A stretch of 64,000 bases of DNA, taken from NCBI GenBank assembly GCA_035380125.1, contig DAOSWV010000014.1:1308-65307 (forward strand), given 5' to 3'. The notes under the pieces were generated by a model. The model did no database searches and was not told the DNA's origin. It saw only the letters and a program-made list of their open reading frames with translations. Below are positions 55,356-64,000 of the stretch, piece by piece; position 1 is the first letter of the stretch, and each line of letters starts with the position of its first letter. Origin of the DNA: Oscillospiraceae bacterium (GTDB lineage Bacteria; Bacillota; Clostridia; Oscillospirales; JAKOTC01). A program made the position numbers and the translations under genes.

Positions 55356-57392
55356 TTACGATTTTTCGTCCGGATTCGGCAGTCCGTTTGCAATCCGGAA
55401 CAATTGGGAATCCGAAAGATCTTTTTTCTTTTCCTTTGACGTTTCAACCAATGTGATGATTCCGTTGTCGATGTTAACCAATCCCACTTCGCGCAGGACT
55501 TCCAGACACATTGAGATTTTATAGAAATCCATCTGATCGCTCAAAATGTGAGCAAGACACGCGCCGTTTGTCAATGCCTTATGGCTGCTTTTAATCGCCC
55601 GGAATACCGTTGCCGTATCCTCTCTTGTGATGGTGCAGGTCGGTTTTTCACCTCTTCGGATACAACGGTCAAATTCAAATTTACTGTTGAAATAATTATC
55701 CTGATTGAAATTTGTGTAACGAATATCTTTGGCCACAATTGAGAGTTCAACGTTGCCGTTATATTCTCGGCAACTTAACGTCACTAAAACATCGACCTTA
55801 TCACCCACTTGGAAACACATCTCATTCTGTGATGTCCCGAATAACAGCAACATGGCCGAAGCGGCGTCTTTTTCAACCTCTACCAGACAATGATTCCCGT
55901 TTCGCATAGCCCGAATGTTTTTAATCATTACTCCCGCGAGACAAAATAACGGCATAGGGTTTTCACGGCCGAACGGTTCCATTTCATCAATCTGTGAAAT
56001 GACGTCCATAATGAGCTGCTGCGGACGCAGATAACCGTCAATCTTAAAAAAGTTGGGCGGAATCTGGCCGAGCGGTTCGGCGTATTCGTTGATGGCCTTT
56101 GAAAAATCCTGCAGTTTTTCCGCCGAAAGAGTCATTCCGACTGCCTGCGCATGCCCGCCGTATTTTATGAGGTCTTGGCTGCAACTGTTCACCGCATCGT
56201 ATATTGAAAAGCTTTCGACGCTACGGCCCGATCCGGTTGCAACATCGTCTTTGATGCCGAACACGATAAACGGCTTCCCGTATTTCTCAACGAGTTTTGC
56301 CGCCACGATGCCGACGACGCCGCTCTCCCAGCCCTCACCCCAGACCACGCCCACCGGCGAATGGCGCAGTTCATCCACGGAGGCGTATTTTTCGTTTGCC
56401 TCAGTAAAAATCCGCTGCTCGGTCTGTTGGCGTCTCGCATTATAGTCCTCGAGCATTTGAGCGTATTGCTCGGCCTCTTGCTGCGTTTTTGCCAACAACA
56501 GCCGGGCGGAATCAGCTGCGTCTCCCATCCTGCCGGCGGAATTAATACGCGGTGCAAGCATATAAGCTACCGATTGAACACTGAAACGCGTATTCATACC
56601 GGAAGTATTCATCAAAGCCCTGAGACCCAAATTTTCGGTGTCTTTCAGAATATCAATGCCGTTTTTGACAAAGATGCGGTTTTCACCGGTCAGCGGTACG
56701 ATATCGGCAATTGTGGCAACAGTAAGCAAATCGCCATACCGGTCAAGCACCGATTCGATGTCCTCTTCGAGCGCGCAAATGAGTTTGAACACCACACCCG
56801 CGCCACAAAGCCCCTTGAACCGACTGGGGCAATCGGGCCGATGCGGGTCGACGACGATGCAGTCGGGCAATTCCGGCGGTACGGTATGATGGTCCGTGAC
56901 AACCACGTCAATTCCCAGTTCTTTGGCTCGCTTGATTTCGTCAAACGCGGTTACGCCGTTATCGACGGTAATAATCAAATTGATATTGTCCTTGGCAAGA
57001 TCCTCGATGATGGCGTCGTGCATACCATATCCGCCCTCTTCACGGGAAGGCAGACACCAGATTACATTTGCGCCGTGTTCAATCAGATAGTCATAAATCA
57101 TTACGGTCGAGGTCACACCGTCGGCGTCATAGTCGCCGAAGATGCAAATGCGTTCATGCTTATCAAGCGCGGTGCGAATGCGGTCAACGGCACGATCCAT
57201 ATCGGCAAGCGAAAAAGGTTCCTCGATACCGGTCTCGATATCGCAAGAGAAAAACTCATCGATATCCTCGGGTGCCGTGATGCCTCGGTTATAAAGAAGC
57301 GCCGCCTGCAGCCGGGTTATTGAATTGTCCTGCGCCATTTCCGCAACCGCATTGCGGTCGGTGGCGCAAAAAGTCCATTTTCTGTCTACCAC
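55356..57392 (-). CDS. recJ: Single-stranded-DNA-specific exonuclease RecJ
   Basis: 678 aa with DHH motifs (IFGDYDADGVTS, TVDNG, VTDHH) and a DHHA1 motif (GGHAQAVG). Confidence 0.93.
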   Translation of the reverse strand: MVDRKWTFCATDRNAVAEMAQDNSITRLQAALLYNRGITAPEDIDEFFSCDIETGIEEPFSLADMDRAVDRIRTALDKHERICIFGDYDADGVTSTVMIYDYLIEHGANVIWCLPSREEGGYGMHDAIIEDLAKDNINLIITVDNGVTAFDEIKRAKELGIDVVVTDHHTVPPELPDCIVVDPHRPDCPSRFKGLCGAGVVFKLICALEEDIESVLDRYGDLLTVATIADIVPLTGENRIFVKNGIDILKDTENLGLRALMNTSGMNTRFSVQSVAYMLAPRINSAGRMGDAADSARLLLAKTQQEAEQYAQMLEDYNARRQQTEQRIFTEANEKYASVDELRHSPVGVVWGEGWESGVVGIVAAKLVEKYGKPFIVFGIKDDVATGSGRSVESFSIYDAVNSCSQDLIKYGGHAQAVGMTLSAEKLQDFSKAINEYAEPLGQIPPNFFKIDGYLRPQQLIMDVISQIDEMEPFGRENPMPLFCLAGVMIKNIRAMRNGNHCLVEVEKDAASAMLLLFGTSQNEMCFQVGDKVDVLVTLSCREYNGNVELSIVAKDIRYTNFNQDNYFNSKFEFDRCIRRGEKPTCTITREDTATVFRAIKSSHKALTNGACLAHILSDQMDFYKISMCLEVLREVGLVNIDNGIITLVETSKEKKKDLSDSQLFRIANGLPNPDEKS

Positions 57393-57454
57393 AAGCTCGC
57401 TCCCCGATAAAAGTCGAAATTTGTCCTAAGTATACAGCAAAACGACTTTTTTTG

Positions 57455-59209
57455 TCAATCAGCTTTCAGTTTATCCGCCAACGCCGCATCCGGATTAACA
57501 AAGACTGTCTGATAGTCAAAATAATTTACAAAGCCGGGCGGTGAACCTGTGGGCTTTTTTACTCGTTTCACTGTGGTGTAATCAACCGGTATGTGAACCC
57601 CTTTGCCGTTTTTGGAATACAGAGCAGCAAGTGTAGCTGCCTCAGTCAAGGTTTGTTCATCGGGTTGTTTTCCCCCGGTTACTACGATCACATGGCTGCC
57701 GGGAATGCCGCGCGCGTGCATCCAGATATCATTGCCCTGCGACTTTTTGAATGTCAGCAGATCGTTTTGACGGTTGTTTCTGCCGATCAAGATTTCAAAG
57801 CCGCTGCTGATAAATTTACGCGGCTGCGATTCACCTCTTTGTTTATTCTTGAATACGGCACGGCGTTTGAGGTATCCCTGCGCCGCAAGTTCTTCACGAA
57901 TCTGTGCAATATCCGCAGAGTCTTCGGTGTTTTCGAGTGCATAAAGCACGGAATCGAGATAGCTTAATTCTTCACGGTCTTTCTCAATCAAACCGACTAA
58001 CTGCTTGGCCGCATTGTCGGCTTTTCGGTAGAGTTTATAATATCGCTGCGCGTTTTGATTCGGCGTCAAATCATTCTGAAGCGCAATCGTAACGGTCTTT
58101 TGTTCCGGATCGGTGTAATCGACCGTGTTCAATGTGGTATCGCCTTTATGAATCATATAGAGGCTGGCCATAACCAGATCGCCGCACAACCGATATTTAT
58201 CTGCGTTTTTGGTATCCTCGAGCTCCTGCGTACGGCTAAGCATTTTTCTGCGTGTCCTGTCAGCGGCGTTTTCGACAAGCTTATACAGGTCACGGCTGCT
58301 CTGTCGCTGGCGGTCGCGGTGTTCTTTGGCGTAGTAAAATGTATCGAGCAGTTGTGAAAGCGTCTCGAATTGTTTTTGATTTTCTGCATCATAACGGCTG
58401 AGCGGCATAAATGAGAAATCAACGGTCGCACCGGTCTGATCAAAAACCGCCGTAGGACAGATGTTGTAATTTTTAATTCTTTGCTGACATCGCTCAATGG
58501 ATGAAACGAGTGTTTCTTTTTGCTTTGCATTCAATTCTCCGCAGACAATACTTTGATCGCCAATAGCCTCATAACACAGTTGTGCGCAGTTGAACGGAGA
58601 AAGCCCTTGAATGCCGCCTAAAAGTGCTTTTTCCAAAAGGACACCCGCGTTGTCTCGCATGATCTTTTCTACAAATTCAGAGAGGTTTAAGACGTCAACC
58701 GGTATCTTGTCCTGCTTCGGCGGGAGTTCATACCTCAATCCCGGAAAGATTTGACGTACCGCGCTGACGTTTTCATCAATGCGCTTAACAGCATCTATAA
58801 TAACACCGTCGGAATTAAGAAAGATGAGGTTAGAATGGCGGCCCATGATCTCGGCAACAGCGGTGATCACCTGCAGCTCCCCGAGTTCGTTACGTCCCGT
58901 AAAATCGAGATACAAAACACGCTCCATGCCGTCCTGGCGGATTGCCGTCAATTTGGAGCCGATCAGGAGTTTTCGCAGCAACATGCACAGCATCGGGGGC
59001 TGCGGAGGGTTTTCATAATTCTGTTGGGTGAAATGCACCCGCGCGGCGTCGGATTTAGAGGTCAACAGAAGACGTTTTTGCCCTTCTCTGGTACGCATTG
59101 CAAACACAAGCTGGTCGCGGTAGGGCTGATAGATTTTATCTACAAAACCCCCGATCGCACTCTCCAACTCGCGTATTAATAAATGCAAAAACGCACCGTC
59201 AACTGCCAT
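57455..59209 (-). CDS. rqcH: NFACT-family ribosome quality control protein (RqcH / FbpA-like)
   Basis: 584 aa with an NFACT-N N-terminus (MAVDGAFLHLLIRELE), a coiled-coil middle region and an NFACT-R C-terminus (GRNNRQND..WMHARGIPGSHV). Confidence 0.9.
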   Translation of the reverse strand: MAVDGAFLHLLIRELESAIGGFVDKIYQPYRDQLVFAMRTREGQKRLLLTSKSDAARVHFTQQNYENPPQPPMLCMLLRKLLIGSKLTAIRQDGMERVLYLDFTGRNELGELQVITAVAEIMGRHSNLIFLNSDGVIIDAVKRIDENVSAVRQIFPGLRYELPPKQDKIPVDVLNLSEFVEKIMRDNAGVLLEKALLGGIQGLSPFNCAQLCYEAIGDQSIVCGELNAKQKETLVSSIERCQQRIKNYNICPTAVFDQTGATVDFSFMPLSRYDAENQKQFETLSQLLDTFYYAKEHRDRQRQSSRDLYKLVENAADRTRRKMLSRTQELEDTKNADKYRLCGDLVMASLYMIHKGDTTLNTVDYTDPEQKTVTIALQNDLTPNQNAQRYYKLYRKADNAAKQLVGLIEKDREELSYLDSVLYALENTEDSADIAQIREELAAQGYLKRRAVFKNKQRGESQPRKFISSGFEILIGRNNRQNDLLTFKKSQGNDIWMHARGIPGSHVIVVTGGKQPDEQTLTEAATLAALYSKNGKGVHIPVDYTTVKRVKKPTGSPPGFVNYFDYQTVFVNPDAALADKLKAD

Positions 59210-59226
59210 TGTTTTCTCCTTTAAAT

Positions 59227-60000
59227 TTAAACGCTCTGCAGCGGATTGCTCTCTTTGGCAAGGGCAACCTCAATCCCGGTAAATTCCTGCGCAAGCTTTT
59301 CCCTCAAAATTTCCGCGATATGAATTTCGGTGCCGAAATGGGTGGCATCGATCAGAGTGATATCCGCCGCCCGGGCAATGAGAACGTCCTGATGTTTTAA
59401 CTGAGAAGTGATAAAGCAGTCATAACCCGCCTCGATGACCAACTCGATTAAAAAGCTGCCGCTTCCGCCGCAGACGACTGCGTTTTTGATTGGCTTTCCG
59501 CCGTCGCAGAACATGACCGGCGAGGAGAGAATCTGCCCAACTTTGACAGCAAATTCACGGGGGCTTTGCGGCATCAGCAATTCTCCTACCCATCCCTCGC
59601 AGAGACGGTCGCCGCAAGGACTTTTCTTTTCCCCGAATGGCTCTTTTAAAATCAGCCCCAGCCTTTCACACAGCACTTTGTTTGCACCTTCAATATGCTC
59701 ATCAATCGGTATATGCACCGAGATCACGGCGATTCCGGCAGACGCGGCGGCATAGGCGGGATTGTTTGAATCCAGCCTTTTGAGCGGATCAAAAATGATC
59801 GGGTGGTGGCTGACGATCAACTGCGCGCCGAACGCTTTTGCCTGACCGATTACATCAGCGGTTGCATCGAGGCAGCACATGATCTTTGTGACTTCTGTGT
59901 TTTTATCACCGATTAAAAATCCGGAATTGTCGTATTCCGGCATGTTATTGAATTTCCAGATGCTGTCCAGAAAATTATAAATCTCTTTTACGGTGCTCAT
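59227..60000 (-). CDS. Nif3-like dinuclear metal centre protein
   Basis: 257 aa with the SHHP motif (VSHHPIIF) and a C-terminal ATHFGTE motif. It lies downstream of trmK, as in other Firmicutes. Confidence 0.88.
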   Translation of the reverse strand: MSTVKEIYNFLDSIWKFNNMPEYDNSGFLIGDKNTEVTKIMCCLDATADVIGQAKAFGAQLIVSHHPIIFDPLKRLDSNNPAYAAASAGIAVISVHIPIDEHIEGANKVLCERLGLILKEPFGEKKSPCGDRLCEGWVGELLMPQSPREFAVKVGQILSSPVMFCDGGKPIKNAVVCGGSGSFLIELVIEAGYDCFITSQLKHQDVLIARAADITLIDATHFGTEIHIAEILREKLAQEFTGIEVALAKESNPLQSV

Positions 60001-60024
60001 CTTTATGACCTCCCCTTCGTGGAT

Positions 60025-60750
60025 TTAAATTTCCGCCCCCGTCGCTTCGGTTATCAATTCGCAAATATGTAAGTAAGCCCGAACCATCGGCTTGTTTTTT
60101 TCCAGTTTTGCACCCTCGACACGATTTTTAAACAGTTTATAAAGTGATGAAAAATAGACCTGTTCGGCTTCTTCGGCAGATCCGAGTTTGCCCAAAATGA
60201 TCTCATGCCTTTTAGCCCACTCCGGATTAAATTCGATATATTGTCTCCAATCCGGGAGACTTCTCCCGCTCTCTTCGGTCACAACGGACAAGACCGAATA
60301 AGCACGTTTTGCGTCGATGACGGCGCGTTCCGAAATCAAATCACAGCCACTGTCCAAAAGAAATGCCCGCAGATGGCAGGCATCGGTTTGTGGCTGTAGA
60401 ATCAACCGCTTCTTCTCACGTCCGAACCAATCGGATTTTGCAAGAATTTCAATGATGTTCAGCCCGCCCATCCCGCAAATCAATGCGGTATCAAACGCAT
60501 CGGAAGCGACATTTTCAAAACCGTCCGAAAGCCGTAGTTCGGTTTTATCTTCAAGATGATACTTTTTAACGGTCTCGGCGGCTCTTGTTAACGGACCTTC
60601 GACAACATCACATAAAAGTGCAGACCGCGCGCTTGCGTTCAAAAGTAAGAACGCCGAAAGAAGCGCATGGTCCGTCCCGATATCCGCAATGCGACCGCAT
60701 TCCCCGGCCTGCTGCGCAGCAAGCGCCAGTCGGGGACTCAGTTTCAACAT
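60025..60750 (-). CDS. trmK: tRNA (adenine22-N1)-methyltransferase TrmK
   Basis: 241 aa with DIGTDHALL and ICGMGG motifs. Confidence 0.88.
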   Translation of the reverse strand: MLKLSPRLALAAQQAGECGRIADIGTDHALLSAFLLLNASARSALLCDVVEGPLTRAAETVKKYHLEDKTELRLSDGFENVASDAFDTALICGMGGLNIIEILAKSDWFGREKKRLILQPQTDACHLRAFLLDSGCDLISERAVIDAKRAYSVLSVVTEESGRSLPDWRQYIEFNPEWAKRHEIILGKLGSAEEAEQVYFSSLYKLFKNRVEGAKLEKNKPMVRAYLHICELITEATGAEI

Positions 60751-60757
60751 ATTCCTT

Positions 60758-60958
60758 TTATTTTTCGCCGAGATGTTCGTTGATCTTTGCCACTAATTCA
60801 TCAACATCGACGCCGTGGACCTGGCAAGCCTGTTCGATGGACTCACCCCGTGCGGACGGACAACCGAGACAATGCATGCCCATCTCAAGAAAAAAGGCAG
60901 CGGTTGTGCGGTCGAAATCGAGAATATCACCGATTAAAGAATCTTTTGTCACTTTCAT
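60758..60958 (-). CDS. DUF1858 domain protein
   Basis: 66 aa with the conserved MHCLGCP motif. The ATG at 60958 is preceded by a GGAGG SD. Confidence 0.8.
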   Translation of the reverse strand: MKVTKDSLIGDILDFDRTTAAFFLEMGMHCLGCPSARGESIEQACQVHGVDVDELVAKINEHLGEK

Positions 60959-61013
60959 GGTTAAAACCTCCATATGAACTTGTCGATATTATACCAAAAT
61001 AAACCCCTTTCTG

Positions 61014-61394
61014 TCAATGCGGACCATGCAGTGACTTTTCCGTACGCAGCCGCCTGCAGACCGCATATCCGGGCAAGCACAGCAGAAGCCACGCCGCACA
61101 GAACGCCGGACAGATCTGCCCCGCCAAATTTCCTTTTTTCTTACTGTAATCCCAGATCTTATGCTTTTTATTAAAAATCAGACCCAACGCAAGCTCCAGC
61201 GCAGTGATACCGACACATCCAACCGTGTATTTAACGGCTTTTCGCCACAGCTTTAAATCAACCGCATCGAGTATCAGCATCCCCAGTCCGCCCGCCAACG
61301 CCATCGAGGGATGCGTTTTCTTTCGCCATAAAAGCTCAATCGCGGGATATGCAAGCGCGCCGAATGTGAACAGTTTTTTCTTTTCTTCGGACAA
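61014..61394 (-). CDS. Small membrane protein (resembles the putative ABC-transporter type IV / DUF1113 family)
   Basis: 126 aa with 4 TM segments and WDYS..N..GQIC, a motif I associate with that family. The family call is tentative. Confidence 0.55.
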   Translation of the reverse strand: MSEEKKKLFTFGALAYPAIELLWRKKTHPSMALAGGLGMLILDAVDLKLWRKAVKYTVGCVGITALELALGLIFNKKHKIWDYSKKKGNLAGQICPAFCAAWLLLCLPGYAVCRRLRTEKSLHGPH

Positions 61395-61469
61395 ATGCGA
61401 TCACCTCCGTTTCGGTTATTTTCGCCCGAAACAGGAGCGGATATACAGTGCTTATAAATGCGATTTTAC

Positions 61470-61498
61470 TTGACAAAACTTTGAAAACAAGATATCAT
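61470..61498 (+). promoter_or_regulatory. Sigma-70-type promoter candidate for nrdR
   Basis: TTGACA, a 17-nt spacer, then TATCAT, about 22 nt upstream of the ATG at 61521. Confidence 0.45.
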
Positions 61499-61520
61499 TA
61501 ATTGTGAAGGAGTGGTTGAA

Positions 61521-61979
61521 ATGAAATGCCCGTTTTGCGGAACACCGGATTCAAGAGTCATCGATACACGCCCTCAGGACGACGGTGAAAAAATTCGCCG
61601 CCGCCGGCTTTGCGAAAAATGCGGTATGCGCTTTACCACGATTGAGACAACCGAACGCTCCACCGTTTGGGTCGTCAAAAAAAGCGGCGCTCGTGAAGCG
61701 TTTGATCCCCAAAAAGTTTTGTCCAGCATGGTGCGCGCCTGTAAAAAGCAGACCATTCCGCTTGAAGAGCTTGAAAATGTTGTCCGCGGACTTGAAACCA
61801 TGATTTATTCCTCGCCGAAACACGAGATCGCCTCAGTGGAAATCGGTGAATACATTCTTGAAAAACTGCGCGATCTCGATGAGGTCGCTTATATTCGTTT
61901 TGCCTCTGTCTATCGCGATTTTTCCGACATCGAATCGTTCTCCCGCGAGATTAAAATGATGAAAAAACAAAACAAATAG
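61521..61979 (+). CDS. nrdR: Transcriptional repressor NrdR
   Basis: 152 aa beginning MKCPFCG, with a zinc ribbon (CPFC..CEKC) and an ATP-cone domain. An AAGGAG SD lies upstream. Confidence 0.95.
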   Translation: MKCPFCGTPDSRVIDTRPQDDGEKIRRRRLCEKCGMRFTTIETTERSTVWVVKKSGAREAFDPQKVLSSMVRACKKQTIPLEELENVVRGLETMIYSSPKHEIASVEIGEYILEKLRDLDEVAYIRFASVYRDFSDIESFSREIKMMKKQNK

Positions 61980-62003
61980 GGATATCGCATTTCATAGATA
62001 TTC

Positions 62004-62037
62004 AAACGCGCGGACAGGGTGGCTGTCCGCGCGTTTT
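62004..62037 (+). terminator. Rho-independent terminator after nrdR
   Basis: 14-bp GC-rich stem aaacgcgcggacag / ctgtccgcgcgttt with a 5-nt loop, followed by TTTT. Confidence 0.75.
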
Positions 62038-62040
62038 CGG

Positions 62041-62072
62041 CAGGTGAATGCGATTCACCTGATTATTTTGTT
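62041..62072 (+). terminator. Second terminator-like hairpin downstream of nrdR
   Basis: Perfect 9-bp stem caggtgaat / attcacctg with a 3-nt loop and a T-rich tail (attattttgtt). Confidence 0.4.
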
Positions 62073-62105
62073 AAACTGTTATTGAATCACAGATGTCTTT
62101 ATGCC

Positions 62106-62192
62106 GTCTTTGCGAGGAGTGAAATGACGAAGCAATCCAGAAACCCATGCATCTGGATTGCCGCGGGGCTAAAGCCCCTCGTAATGATGATT
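62106..62192 (+). repeat. 87-nt structured palindromic intergenic repeat, copy B
   Basis: It has the same length and orientation as 19921-20007, and the same two stems are conserved. Differences are concentrated in the hairpin loops. Confidence 0.75.
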
Positions 62193-62206
62193 GGTCTTTA
62201 TAAAAT

Positions 62207-64000
62207 TTATCTCTCCATCAAGTCAACTTCGGAGAAGGTTTTGGCAACGGGGTCAAAGGCAAAAGATTTGAACTCATATTTTGCCAAAGAGACCGTCTTT
62301 TTCACATTGACCGACGGAATGGCAAGTGTTGTCGTGCGCTTTTCTGCGGTCGGGTTAAATAAACGCAGAACGAACTGTTCGCTCTTTTCGGCGCGTTTGA
62401 AAACCGCAAGTGAAAGCACCTCGTCGTCGAGTAGTGCGAACGGCTTGACCTCTTTTCCGAAGCCTGTCGGGAAGAAGGACAATGCCATCGGTTTTTCGTT
62501 TTTCGCAGCGGCTTCGCGCTCAATCTTTTCAAGGCGCTCTGCATCAGAAGAGGCGTTCAGATAAAATTCAAACTCACGTTCTCCCTGATCAATGAACGGC
62601 GAAAAACGATCCTGCTCCATGATATAGGGCTTGCGTACCGAAAAGTCCGATTTTCCCGCCGAATAACCAGGCGAACGCAAACAGGTGATGCGCAGTTCGC
62701 CGTTTTCACAGCTGCTGCCGTAGGTGCCGGTGTTGATGACGCTGACGGCCTTCCCTGCTCCGGCTACGACATTCCACTTATGGCTGACCATTTCGTCGCC
62801 GTTCGTGAGCAATTTCTCGCTTCCGTATGCGGTTTGACCGACAAAGCCCTCTTTGCAGACGGTCGGTACAGCCAGTTTGAGCATGGTCATCTTCTCGTTC
62901 CAATAGACCTTGGCGGTCACCTTGATCTCGGTGCCCTTTTTCGGCAGGAAATAGCGTATACAAATCTGGGAGTGAGCATATTCCATGACCGCTTCGACGA
63001 CTGTGCGCACCTCACCGTCCTCGATAACCCGTACCGATTCGGGCAAAGAGCCGTCGATAATGCCGGAAAATTCCGCGCCACGCGCCCTGTCCATCGGGGT
63101 GAATTCACCGATCACATCCGGGAACGATTTTTCTTTATGCGCCCAAGAGTTCTCGTCATCCTTGATGACAAGCGGCAAAAATGCGCTGCCGGCGATGTAA
63201 TCGACGCCGCACACCTCATATTGATCGAGTGTGCCGGTTTGGGTATTGATCACAGCCTTGATGTCTTTGGTCTCGAAAATGAATTTATTGTTTTTAACAG
63301 TGAACTCGCGTTTTTTCGGCGTCGGGATTAATTCGATTTTCACATCATAGCGGCTCATCTGACCCGGTGCGAGTTTGGCTTTGAACACACAGCGTTTGCG
63401 CCAGTCGACATTGAAATTCGACAGTTCATGTTCGGCTTGGCAATCTACTTTTATGTCGTCTTTGTATACGATGGGATTGGCAAACAGATCGCGGTTTTTG
63501 TTTTGATCGGGCAGCTGGAATTCGCATTCGACGATTTGTTCCACTTCGAACGGATGCGGATTATAGACCAGAATCGGCACTTCGCCGTCCTCGGCTTTGC
63601 GCTGACCGCTCGAAAGCGAAAGGAATGCCTGTGTGCGGACGCGGTCGAGTTCGACCAGTCCGTGTCCGGCAAGTGAGATGGCATACTGCTCCACCGGCTC
63701 AATGGAAGAACCCGGCAGGATGTCGTGAAACTCCATCAGCAGCAGGTCTTTGGTCGCTTCGGCGATGTTCTTTTCGGGATATACCATCAGGCCGGACATG
63801 GCTGCGTGCGCGACCATCTTTTCGGTCATATAGAGCATGTTTTCAAGCTGCCGATGCAGCTGTTTGATTCGGATTTGGGTGGTGTAACATCCGGTGTAAC
63901 GCGGATTGAGAATGCCGTTATAGTCGGGCAGCTTGTCTTTGTTCAACTCGGCGAAATAGGCCTCGGGGATCGAGTGGATGATCTCGAAATTCTTTTCTTC
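62207..64000 (-). CDS. GH38 alpha-mannosidase; N-terminus lies outside the window
   Basis: The frame stays open to the window edge (…EEKNFEIIHSIPEAYFAELNKDK…). The conserved EFHDILPGSSI motif and a GH38 C-terminal beta-sandwich region are present. Confidence 0.85.
   Translation of the reverse strand, partial: EEKNFEIIHSIPEAYFAELNKDKLPDYNGILNPRYTGCYTTQIRIKQLHRQLENMLYMTEKMVAHAAMSGLMVYPEKNIAEATKDLLLMEFHDILPGSSIEPVEQYAISLAGHGLVELDRVRTQAFLSLSSGQRKAEDGEVPILVYNPHPFEVEQIVECEFQLPDQNKNRDLFANPIVYKDDIKVDCQAEHELSNFNVDWRKRCVFKAKLAPGQMSRYDVKIELIPTPKKREFTVKNNKFIFETKDIKAVINTQTGTLDQYEVCGVDYIAGSAFLPLVIKDDENSWAHKEKSFPDVIGEFTPMDRARGAEFSGIIDGSLPESVRVIEDGEVRTVVEAVMEYAHSQICIRYFLPKKGTEIKVTAKVYWNEKMTMLKLAVPTVCKEGFVGQTAYGSEKLLTNGDEMVSHKWNVVAGAGKAVSVINTGTYGSSCENGELRITCLRSPGYSAGKSDFSVRKPYIMEQDRFSPFIDQGEREFEFYLNASSDAERLEKIEREAAAKNEKPMALSFFPTGFGKEVKPFALLDDEVLSLAVFKRAEKSEQFVLRLFNPTAEKRTTTLAIPSVNVKKTVSLAKYEFKSFAFDPVAKTFSEVDLMER

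Noticed and set aside
56361-57323. There are long ORFs antisense to well-supported genes. They are 56361-57323(+) in recJ, 35310-35891(-) in the nfnA-like gene, 3380-3985(-) in GH78, 49566-50249(+) in the M18 gene, 28914-29519(-) in the permease gene, 1500-2177(+) in the mutarotase gene, 62780-63331(+) in GH38, 22990-23601(+) in the DUF512 gene and 15558-15977(+) in clpP.
   Set aside because: Each lies fully inside a gene with clear family motifs on the other strand. Their translations are low-complexity (Arg/Ser/Pro-rich or similar) with no recognisable motifs and no SD. These are typical shadow ORFs in DNA of about 50% GC.
1-64000. I searched by eye on both strands for CRISPR arrays, tRNA/rRNA/tmRNA/SRP-like genes, IS elements, integrases, phage genes, toxin-antitoxin pairs and known defence genes.
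   Set aside because: None was found. No intergenic region exceeds about 350 nt, and the only dispersed repeat is the 87-nt element reported above. A computational scan (tRNAscan-SE, Infernal/Rfam, ISfinder, DefenseFinder/PADLOC) would be needed to exclude small or degenerate elements.

Overview
This is a 64-kb chromosomal window of about 50% GC. Gene content and order (tig-clpP-clpX, recJ-rel, DUF512-der-plsY, yceD-rpmF, nfnAB-like pair, MBL-hemZ) fit an anaerobic Firmicute of class Clostridia, probably Oscillospiraceae/Ruminococcaceae-like; that placement is inference from gene order only. I support about 52 protein genes. By eye I found no rRNA, tRNA, CRISPR array, IS element, transposase or integrase. 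Most of the window is housekeeping (uvrC, metK, dtd, clpXP, tig, der, plsY, rpmF, rel, recJ, rqcH, trmK, nrdR), interspersed with carbohydrate-active genes (GH78, GH13, GH28-related, GH38, uxaC, mutarotase). Seven loci deserve a second look. (1) A tightly packed five-gene envelope transporter cluster at 26.9-33.8 kb encodes a lipoprotein adaptor, a fused double-FtsX permease, two different ATPases (one with a C-terminal AbrB/SpoVT-like domain) and a class B sortase. (2) A divergently placed PA/M28-like lipoprotein has metal-ligand positions that look degenerate. (3) A monocistronic 2410-aa cyclic beta-1,2-glucan synthase-like gene (GT84 + GH94) lies at 37.4-44.7 kb. (4) An 87-nt structured palindromic repeat is present twice, at 19.9 kb and 62.1 kb, both times in convergent intergenic regions. 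(5) A roughly 600-bp AT-rich island carries an orphan membrane ORF at 2.0-2.6 kb. (6) An unlisted 44-codon hydrophilic ORF with a strong SD lies at 9.7-9.8 kb. (7) Trigger factor carries a Lys/Ala/Pro-rich tail. I see no recognisable defence system, prophage or biosynthetic cluster. All family assignments come from motif recognition by eye, not from database searches.
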